This document shows positions 1 through 5,935 of a stretch of DNA of 11,184 nucleotides, piece by piece; positions within the stretch are counted from its first letter, which is position 1, and each line of letters starts with the position of its first letter. The notes under the pieces are model-generated. The model did no database searches, was not told the DNA's origin, and worked only from the letters and a program-made list of their open reading frames with translations. The DNA is taken from assembly GCA_022842905.1 (NCBI GenBank), contig JALHOS010000238.1, forward strand, positions 1-11,184, in the 5' to 3' direction. Source of the stretch: Myxococcaceae bacterium (GTDB lineage: Bacteria; Myxococcota; Myxococcia; Myxococcales; Myxococcaceae). The position numbers and the translations under genes were made by a program.

Positions 1-165
1 GAGCCTGCGCCGAAGCCTGCCGAGCCTGCGCCGAAGCCTGCGCCGAAGCCTGCCGAGCCTGCGCCGAAGCCTGCCGAGCCTGCGCCGAAGCCTGCCGAGC
101 CTGCGCCGAAGCCTGCCGAGCCTGCGCCGAAGCCTGCCGAGCCTGCGCCGAAGCCTGCTGAGCCG
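1..165 (+). repeat. 21-bp perfect tandem repeat (gagcctgcgccgaagcctgcc), at least 7.5 copies, in-frame coding for EPAPKPA; one 12-bp half unit at 43-54; array continues upstream of the window
   Basis: Direct reading: units at 1-21, 22-42, 55-75, 76-96, 97-117, 118-138 and 139-159 are identical apart from the last base of two units; degenerate copies follow to about 240. Confidence 0.95.
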
Positions 166-465
166 GTGGCCAAGCCGGCCCCGAAGCCCGTGGAGAAGCC
201 TGCGGCGAAGCCAGCCGAAGCCGAGCCCAAGGCGGAGGCCATGGGGACCTTGTCCCTCAAGGCGAGCGACACCGCCGAGGTGTTCGTCGACGGCAAGAAG
301 GTCGGCTCGTCGCCCATGTCGGGCTTCAAGGTGAAGGCCGGGCCGCACAAGGTCCGCTTCGACTGTCTCGACGCGAGCGGCGCGCCGCAGAAGGGCGAGC
401 TGCAGATTGTGGTGGTCGAGCCCGACCAGAACGCTGACGTCGACTACACCTGCGCGACGGAGTGA
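1..465 (+). CDS. 3' fragment of a gene (5' end outside the window) encoding a Pro/Ala/Lys/Glu-rich repeat protein with a C-terminal PEGA-like beta-sandwich domain
   Basis: Frame 1 is open from base 1 to TGA at 463-465. Bases 1-159 encode perfect EPAPKPA heptads. The C-terminus (...SDTAEVFVDGKKVGSSPMSGFKVKAGPHKVRFDCLDASG...) fits the PEGA domain pattern (xEGAxVxVDGxxxGxTP...GxHxV), a domain common in myxobacterial Ser/Thr kinases and surface proteins. GC3 bias is strong. Confidence 0.7.
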   Translation, partial: EPAPKPAEPAPKPAPKPAEPAPKPAEPAPKPAEPAPKPAEPAPKPAEPAPKPAEPVAKPAPKPVEKPAAKPAEAEPKAEAMGTLSLKASDTAEVFVDGKKVGSSPMSGFKVKAGPHKVRFDCLDASGAPQKGELQIVVVEPDQNADVDYTCATE

Positions 466-479
466 TCGGCGCGCAGTCC

Positions 480-950
480 TTCGGCGCCAGCCCCGACGGC
501 TTGAGCAGCAGGGGCCTTCGCCGGAGCCGGTGGTGGAGGCGTCGCCTCGCCTTCACCTACGAAGCGCAGCGGGGTTCCCGCAGGCTCGCCGACGGCCACG
601 ATGGCGCCCCTGCCCTCGTCGCCGAGGAGGCTGGGCGTCAAGGGGCCTCTGGCGGAGCCGTTTGAGGCGTCGCCGCTGGGGCCAGCGAAAGGACCCCGCC
701 TTCACCTTCGAAGCGCACGATCGCTCCGTTCGCGTCGCAGCCCAAGGGGCCGAGCCTCAGGGGGCCTTCGCTGGAGCCGGCACCGGTTGCGCCGGTGGAG
801 GCGTCGCCGCTGGGACGGCGGGCACCGCGGCGACCGTGATGCTGAGGCCGGTGAACATGACCTCACCTTCCCCTTCGAAGCGCACCGGGTTTCCCGCTGG
901 CTCGCCGACGGCCACGATGGCGCCGCTCGCGTCGTAGCCGAACAGGCACA
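480..950 (-). repeat. three degenerate tandem DNA repeats (about 150-170 bp) spanning the 3' end of the minus-strand lipoprotein gene and the region downstream of it
   Basis: The anchor 'gaagcgca' recurs at 561, 710 and 877. On the minus strand the copies encode GAIVAVGEPAGNPVRFEGEGE (in-frame in the CDS), GAIVRFEGEGG (middle copy, carries a deletion, different frame) and GAIVAVGEPAGTPLRFVGEGE (ORF 444..641, third frame), each followed by a PAPAKAP-like linker. Confidence 0.8.
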
Positions 951-1290
951 GGTGGCCGCTGGTGCCCTGGGGCACGAAGAACTCTGCGAAGAAGGAGCCC
1001 GGCGTCGACAGGGGCATGCTGCCGAGGGTCGCCGGCGTCGGCGTGGCGCTGCACGGCGGGACCTGCGCGACGAAGGCGTACTTGGCGGCGGATGTGGCGC
1101 CAGGGCTCCATGTGCCCATGAACTCACACTCGGCGCTCGCTGGCTGGGCGGGCTTGCTCGGCGGCGCAATGGACGGGGCGAGGACCTTCGGGCCGGCGTC
1201 GAGCTCCGGAGGAGGAGGCGGCGTGTCTTTCTTCGGGCACGCCTCGAACGCGAGCAGCGCGGCGCAAGCGACGACAATCCGGGAGATCAT
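757..1290 (-). CDS. small secreted or lipoprotein of unknown function with Pro-rich linker and Gly-rich repeat motif (GAIVAVGEPAGNPVRFEGEGE)
   Basis: Minus-strand ORF 757..1314 is listed in the ORF track. The internal ATG at 1288-1290 gives MISRIVVACAALLAFEAC..., with a positive n-region, hydrophobic core and a Cys (signal-peptide or lipobox-like). GAGG sits 8 nt upstream of that ATG. Stop TGA is the reverse complement of 757-759. The alternative start at 1314 adds 8 aa. Confidence 0.5.
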   Translation of the reverse strand: MISRIVVACAALLAFEACPKKDTPPPPPELDAGPKVLAPSIAPPSKPAQPASAECEFMGTWSPGATSAAKYAFVAQVPPCSATPTPATLGSMPLSTPGSFFAEFFVPQGTSGHLCLFGYDASGAIVAVGEPAGNPVRFEGEGEVMFTGLSITVAAVPAVPAATPPPAQPVPAPAKAP

Positions 1291-1499
1291 GGGGTCGCCT
1301 CTACCCTGCGACAAGGTGCGCGTCGACGGCGCGAGTGACTGAGGTGGGTCGGCGCGGATTCGCTGGTCCAGCGGCCCCCGCTCCGATCCGCCCGTGGCTC
1401 GTCAACGCTCTGGCGCTCTTCGACAAACGGGGCGGATCGGCGGCACCCCGCGCGTGGCCTTGCCTTTGCTCTGTCGGTCCTCACGCATCGGAGGGGACC

Positions 1500-2114
1500 A
1501 TGGCGGGAGCGGCGGCGGGTACGAAGCGAGAGGTCGAGCGGCTCAGGGCAGAGGTCGACCGGCTCAAGGACGAGAACCGTCGCCTCATGCAGGTGGCCTA
1601 CCGCGATCCCCTGACCGGGCTGCGCAACCGGCGCTTCTTCAACGAGCGGCTGGGCGAAGAGCTGTGTCGCCTGCGCCGGGAGCCGGACCGCGTGTGCAGC
1701 GTCATCATGGTCGACCTCAACGCCTTCAAGGCGCTCAACGACACGCGGGGCCACGCCGCCGGAGACGCCGCGTTGGTCGCCGTCGGTCACTACCTCGAGT
1801 CGCTCACGCGCACGACGGACCTGTGCTGCCGCGTCGGGGGCGACGAGTTCATCGTGCTGCTGCCGAACACCGACGTGGCGCAGTGCCAGCGCGTGCTGCA
1901 GCGGCTGCGCGCGTACCTGCCTCGGCTGGCGACGACGGGCCTGGGCCAGCGAGGGCTGTCCCTGGGCGCGGCGACGGCGACGGCGAGCGACGACGAGCTG
2001 CGGCTGCTGAGCCGGGCGGACGAGCTGATGTACGCGGACAAGCGTGAAGCCCGCGGCGGCAGCGCCGTGGAAGTGTGCGACGAGCCCGAGCCGTGGCTCG
2101 CTCGGGCGGCCTGA
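1500..2114 (+). CDS. GGDEF-domain diguanylate cyclase (stand-alone: N-terminal coiled coil plus GGDEF, no recognisable sensor domain)
   Basis: The translation contains YRDPLTGLRNRRFF, DLNAFKALNDTRGHAAGD, the exact GGDEF motif (CRVGGDEFIVLLP), an RxxD I-site (RTTD) five residues upstream, and RADELMYADKR. The ATG at 1500 is preceded by GGAGGGG at 1489-1495. The N-terminal 30 aa (REVERLRAEVDRLKDENRRL) look like a heptad coiled coil. The alternative upstream ATG at 1335 lacks an RBS. Confidence 0.85.
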   Translation: MAGAAAGTKREVERLRAEVDRLKDENRRLMQVAYRDPLTGLRNRRFFNERLGEELCRLRREPDRVCSVIMVDLNAFKALNDTRGHAAGDAALVAVGHYLESLTRTTDLCCRVGGDEFIVLLPNTDVAQCQRVLQRLRAYLPRLATTGLGQRGLSLGAATATASDDELRLLSRADELMYADKREARGGSAVEVCDEPEPWLARAA

Positions 2115-2139
2115 CCTCAACCGGTTGTTCTCGGTGTGG

Positions 2140-2620
2140 TGAGCGGCGACGAGCGATGGCGCGACGTCACGCGCCCGTCCTCCTCTCAGCGACGGCGACA
2201 GTGAGCGACCGCCCACGTCACCAGCCGTACACCGCGTGGCGATGACCCGGCGAGGGACGACGAGCGCCCCCCGACGTCACGCGACCGTCCTCTGCGCGGC
2301 GACGGTGATGGTGAGCGACGACGAGCGGCGGCCCAACGCGCCGGTCGTCCTGCGCGTGGCGAGAATGACCGGCGAGGGACGACCTGACGTCACGCGACGG
2401 TTCTCTGCGCGGCGATGATGATGGTGAGCGACCGCCCTACGTCACCAGCCGTCCACCGCGCTGTGACGGTGACCCGGCCAGCGACGACGAGCGACCCCGC
2501 GACGTCACGCGATCGTCCTCCGGGTGGCGATGACTCGACGAGCGACGACGAACGAGGGCCTGACGTCACGCGACGGTCCTCTGCGCATTGTGACGACGAC
2601 GAGCGGTAGCCGAGCAGGGC
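2140..2620. repeat. degenerate 57-bp tandem array of about 9 units, derived from a segment of the GGDEF 3' coding region
   Basis: The motif (g)agcgacgacgagcg recurs about every 57 bp (near 2150, 2258, 2316, 2371, 2430, 2482, 2540, 2594). Each unit contains gacgtcacgcg...cgtcctctgcgcggcgacggtgatggtgagcgacgacgagcg, alignable to GGDEF bases about 1929-1998 (gcgacgacgggcctgggccagcgagggctgtccctgggcgcggcgacggcgacggcgagcgacgacgagc). In the gene the two GACGACG direct repeats lie exactly 57 bp apart (1931 and 1988). Confidence 0.75.
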
Positions 2621-2759
2621 GGACGAGCTCATGGACGCCGACCAGCGTGAAGCCCACCTGGGCTCCTCCGTCGTATTCGGCGACGAGCCCGCGCCCCGAC
2701 GTTCTCAGGCCCTCCTTCATGGGCAACGACCGTGTGCCCCGCGCGCGGCAGAATCGTGA
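2610..2759 (+). pseudogene. remnant of a GGDEF C-terminus (duplicate of bases about 2005-2114), preceded by an in-frame TAG
   Basis: 2619-2700 translates to ADELMDADQREAHLGSSVVFGDEPAP versus ADELMYADKREARGGSAVEVCDEPEP in the intact gene. Nucleotide alignment of ggcggacgagctcatggacgccgaccagcgtgaagccc against ggcggacgagctgatgtacgcggacaagcgtgaagccc is clear. TAG at 2607-2609 is in the same frame immediately upstream; the frame ends at TGA 2757-2759. Antisense ORFs 1287..2216 and 2505..2726 both contain GFTLV(R/G)VH(Q/E)LVRPA, which independently shows the duplication. Confidence 0.55.
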
Positions 2760-2851
2760 ACTCCAGCTGATTCTCTTGGGCTGCGTCGATTACTCGCAGT
2801 TCGGCCGCCGCGCTCGATTCGTCGCGTCGGTGGAGCGCGGCCCACGCGTAT

Positions 2852-2863
2852 GGTGCGCGCACC
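2852..2863. promoter_or_regulatory. 12-bp perfect palindrome GGTGCGCGCACC in the upstream region of the NfeD-flotillin operon (candidate operator)
   Basis: Read directly from the sequence; it lies about 135 bp upstream of the nfeD-like ATG in the only extended non-coding stretch of moderate AT content (2700-2990). Confidence 0.2.
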
Positions 2864-2998
2864 ACCGCGAACGAGAGGAGGTCGGGGGCGAAAGCGCGGC
2901 GCCTCGAGCAGCGCAGGGTCGACACTCCAGCTTCAAGCGTCGAGCCGAACAGCGTGAGCGCGACACCGCCAAGCCGTCGTTGCGGTGCCCAGACAAGC

Positions 2999-3781
2999 AT
3001 GGTCGAGTCCGCCCGCCCCATGACCTCCTTCGTCGAGCTCCTGGTGGGCTTCCCCACCGCGCCGTTCACCGCCGCGCTGGGGGTGGCGGTGTTGTACTGG
3101 CTGCTCGTCATCGTCGGCGCCGCGGGGGTCGACCTGCTCGACGGCGCGGGCGACGGCGCGGCGGGTGGGGTGAAGGCCGCCGGTGAAGCGCTGTCCGGTG
3201 GGCTCAAGGCGGCGGGCGACGTGCTGGCGGCTGGCAAGGCCGGCGCCGAGGCAGCGCAGGCGAAGAGCGGCGTGTTCGAAACGCTGGGCCTGGGCGGCGT
3301 GCCGGTGACGGTGGCGTTCACGGCGCTGACTTTCTTCGCCTGGGCGACGAGCGTGGGCGTGGTGTCCTGGCTGCACCCCGAGGGCCTCGCGCTGCGGCTG
3401 GCCGTGTTCGTGGGCTCGCTGGTGGCGGGCCTCGTGGCGGGCAGCGCGGTGACGCGGCCGCTGCGTCGGGTGTTCACCAGCGCCGAAGGCCGCCGCCGAG
3501 ACCAGCTGGTGGGGCACCTGTGCACGGTGACGAGCACCAAGGTCGACGCGGGCTTCGGCACCGCCGAGGTGTCGGACGGCGGCGCGGCGATCGCCGTGCA
3601 CGTCGTGTGTCACAAGCAGAACGGGCTGAAGAAGGGCGATGCCGCGCTGCTGATCGCGTACGACGCGCAGAAGGACACGTACGACGTGGAGCCGCTGGAC
3701 TTCCTCGAGCCCCACGAAGTCAAGGCGCTGGACGACCCCGAAGCGCGCAGTCGGGTCTTGGCAGGCCGCATCAAGCTGTAG
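2999..3781 (+). CDS. NfeD-like short-form membrane protein (three TM helices plus C-terminal OB-fold beta-barrel), the usual flotillin partner (YuaF/YqiJ-like)
   Basis: Three hydrophobic helices (FVELLVGFPTAPFTAALGVAVLYWLLVIVGAAGV; VPVTVAFTALTFFAWATSVGVVSWL; LRLAVFVGSLVAGLVAGSAV) are followed by a Gly/Val-rich beta segment (GHLCTVTSTKVDAGFGTAEVSDGGAAIAVHVVCHKQNGLKKGDAALLIAYDAQKDTYDVEP) typical of the NfeD C-terminal domain. The gene sits immediately upstream of flotillin. Start is uncertain between GTG 2954, ATG 2999 and ATG 3020, with no clear SD at any of them. Stop TAG is at 3779-3781. Confidence 0.7.
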   Translation: MVESARPMTSFVELLVGFPTAPFTAALGVAVLYWLLVIVGAAGVDLLDGAGDGAAGGVKAAGEALSGGLKAAGDVLAAGKAGAEAAQAKSGVFETLGLGGVPVTVAFTALTFFAWATSVGVVSWLHPEGLALRLAVFVGSLVAGLVAGSAVTRPLRRVFTSAEGRRRDQLVGHLCTVTSTKVDAGFGTAEVSDGGAAIAVHVVCHKQNGLKKGDAALLIAYDAQKDTYDVEPLDFLEPHEVKALDDPEARSRVLAGRIKL

Positions 3782-3834
3782 CGAAAAGCAGACAGACGAA
3801 CGAGCGCAGTCACATACCGAAGGGGAACGTACCG

Positions 3835-5928
3835 ATGGACATGCACAACGTGGTGGCCGTGTTGACGGTGATTGGCCTCGCCTTCCTGTTCGTGGTGGGC
3901 GTCGCCGTCATGGTGGCGCGCTTCTACCGACAGGTGGCGCAGGGCCAGGTGTTGATCGTCAACACCATGAAGAGCGAGCCGCGGGTGAGCTTCACTGGCG
4001 CGGTGGTGCTCCCCATCATCCACCGGGCGGAGATCATGGATATCTCGCTCAAGACCATCGAGATCGATCGCCGCGGGAAGGAAGGCCTCATCTGCGCGGA
4101 CAACATTCGCGCCGACATCAAGGTCGCCTTCTTCGTGCGGGTGAACAAGACGGTGGAGGACGTGGTGAAGGTGGCCGGCGCCGTCGGCTGCGCCCGCGCG
4201 TCGGACCAGCAGACGTTGAGCCACCTGTTCGAAGCGAAGTTCTCCGAAGCGCTCAAGACCGTCGGCAAGCGGCTCAACTTCGAAGACCTCTACAAGGAGC
4301 GTGACAGCTTCAAGGACCAGATCGTCCAGGTCATCGGCAAGGACCTGAACGGCTACCACCTCGAAGACGCGGCGATCGACTTCCTGGAGCAGACGCCGAT
4401 CGAGATGCTCGACAAGGAGAACATTCTCGACGCGCAGGGCATTCGGAAGATCACCGAGCTGACCAGCAACCAGAACGTGCTGACCAACGATTTCAAGCAG
4501 ACCGAGCGCAAGCGGATCACCCAGCAGAACGTCGAAGCCGACGAGGCGGTGTTCGCGCTCGAGCGGCAGCGCGCCGAGGCCGCGGCCAAGCAGAAGCGGG
4601 AGATCGAGACCGTGCAGGCCCGCGAGCAGGCCGAGACGATGAAGGTGCAGCAGGAAGAGCACCTGCGCGCCGAGCAGGCCCGCATTCGGTCGGACGAAGA
4701 GATCAGCGTGCTCGAGCAGAACCGCATGCGGCAGGTCGAGGTCGCCGAGAAGAACCGCGAGCGTGTCGTCGGCATCGAAGCCGAGCGCGTGAAGAAGGAC
4801 CGCGACCTCGAGGCGATCGCCCGCGAGCGTGAGGTGGAGCTGCAGCGGATCGTCAAGGAGAAGGCGCTGGAAGTGGAGCGCAAGGCGATCGCCGACGTGA
4901 AGGCGACCCGCATCACCGTCGACAAGAAGGTGGCCACCGAAGAGGAGACCATCAAGGACGTGCACGTGCTGGCCGAGGCCAAGCGCAAGAAGGACGCGCA
5001 GATCATCGCCGCCGAGGCCACCGCCATGGAAGACGCGGTGCAGCGGGTGAAGGCCGCCGAGGCCGCCGAAGAGGTGTCGCGGCACGAAGCCAAGCAGCGG
5101 CTCATCTCCGCGGAGGCGTCGCTGGAGGCCGCCGACAAGGAAGCGCGGGCGAAGATTCGGCTGGCCGAAGGCGCGCAGGCCGAAGCCGCCGCGCAGGGCC
5201 TGGCCGACGCCAAGGTGAAGGAAGCCAACGCCGCCGCCGCTGAGAAGGTGGGCCTGGCGAACGTGCGCGTGAAGGAAGCGGACGCGGTGGCGACGGAGAA
5301 GGCGGGGCTCGTGCAGGCGCACATCACCAAGGAGCAGCTGGCCGCCGAGGCGCTGGGGCTCGAGCAGAAGGGCGTGGCGCAGGCGAAGGTGAAGGAAGCC
5401 GACGCCGCCGCGCTCGAGAAGCAGGGGCTGGCCGAGGCGTCGGCGATCAAGGCCAAGGTGTCGGCCGAGGCGTCCGGGGTGCAAGAGCGGCTGCTCGCCG
5501 AGTCGAAGGGGCTCAAGGAGAAGGCCGAGGCCATGAAGCTGCTGCAGGGCGCCACCAAGGAGCACGAGGAGTTCCGCCTCAAGCTCGAGAAGGAGAAGGC
5601 GGTCGAGCTGCGCGGGCTCGAGGTCAAGCGCGACATCGCCGAGCAGCAGGCGAAGGTCATGGGCGCGGCGTTCTCGCAGGCGAAGATCAACATCATGGGC
5701 GGCGACGGCGCGTTCTTCGACCAGTTCATGAAGGCGGTGACGCTGGGCCAGTCGGTGGACGGCGCCATTGGCCACAGCGATTCGCTCAAGACGCTGCTCA
5801 AGCCGTACCTGAACGGCGACAAGAGCCTGCCGGACGACGTCAAGGAGATCCTCTCCAAGCCGGGCCTGACGCAAGACGCGCAGAACCTCGCGCTCACCGC
5901 CCTGCTCACCAAGCTCGCCAAGAGCTGA
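3835..5928 (+). CDS. flotillin-family protein (YqiK/FloT-like): N-terminal TM anchor, SPFH/Band-7 domain, long EA-rich coiled coil, flotillin C-terminal region; 697 aa
   Basis: ATG at 3835 is preceded by AAGGGGA at about 3816-3824. The TM segment is VVAVLTVIGLAFLFVVGVAVMVARF. The SPFH core reads GQVLIVNTMKSEPRVSFTGAVVLPIIHRAEIMDISLKTIEIDRRGKEGLICADNIRADIKVAFFVRVNK. Heptad Glu/Ala/Lys/Arg-rich coiled coil spans roughly 4550-5560, with internal KVKEA(D/N)AAA(L/A)EK repeats near 5190-5420. Stop TGA is at 5926-5928. Confidence 0.9.
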   Translation: MDMHNVVAVLTVIGLAFLFVVGVAVMVARFYRQVAQGQVLIVNTMKSEPRVSFTGAVVLPIIHRAEIMDISLKTIEIDRRGKEGLICADNIRADIKVAFFVRVNKTVEDVVKVAGAVGCARASDQQTLSHLFEAKFSEALKTVGKRLNFEDLYKERDSFKDQIVQVIGKDLNGYHLEDAAIDFLEQTPIEMLDKENILDAQGIRKITELTSNQNVLTNDFKQTERKRITQQNVEADEAVFALERQRAEAAAKQKREIETVQAREQAETMKVQQEEHLRAEQARIRSDEEISVLEQNRMRQVEVAEKNRERVVGIEAERVKKDRDLEAIAREREVELQRIVKEKALEVERKAIADVKATRITVDKKVATEEETIKDVHVLAEAKRKKDAQIIAAEATAMEDAVQRVKAAEAAEEVSRHEAKQRLISAEASLEAADKEARAKIRLAEGAQAEAAAQGLADAKVKEANAAAAEKVGLANVRVKEADAVATEKAGLVQAHITKEQLAAEALGLEQKGVAQAKVKEADAAALEKQGLAEASAIKAKVSAEASGVQERLLAESKGLKEKAEAMKLLQGATKEHEEFRLKLEKEKAVELRGLEVKRDIAEQQAKVMGAAFSQAKINIMGGDGAFFDQFMKAVTLGQSVDGAIGHSDSLKTLLKPYLNGDKSLPDDVKEILSKPGLTQDAQNLALTALLTKLAKS

Positions 5929-5935
5929 AGCCCCC

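Noticed and set aside
407-1342. '+' strand ORFs 407..937, 462..665, 601..1338, 962..1342 in the lipoprotein/repeat region
   Set aside because: Their translations are Arg/Pro/Gly-rich with no signal of protein structure. The minus strand gives a signal peptide preceded by an RBS and a coherent repeat motif, and the '+' PEGA gene ends cleanly at 465.
1287-2216. Minus-strand 309-aa ORF overlapping the GGDEF gene, and the '+' ORF 1394..2047
   Set aside because: The '+' frame starting at 1500 contains every diagnostic GGDEF-domain motif; the others are off-frame or antisense artefacts of high GC.
2140-2620. Possible CRISPR array or coding repeat protein (ORFs 2236..2418, 2415..2609, 2524..3186 with MTRRGTTS-like repeats)
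   Set aside because: Units are about 57 bp and only about 70-85% identical to one another, with no alternation of conserved repeat and unique spacer, and no cas genes nearby. The repeat peptides fall in different frames and lack codon bias. They are better explained as decayed DNA-level copies of a GGDEF gene segment.
2629-3561. Minus-strand 310-aa ORF spanning the array end, the promoter region and the nfeD-like gene
   Set aside because: Its translation is Ser/Thr/Pro/Ala/Arg-rich low complexity that crosses a non-coding region and sits antisense to a membrane-protein gene with clear TM helices, so it is a shadow ORF.
5190-5460. Internal KVKEA(D/N)AAA(L/A)EKxGL tandem peptide repeats inside flotillin
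   Set aside because: Ala/Glu-rich heptad repeats of this kind are a normal feature of the flotillin coiled-coil region, not an independent element.
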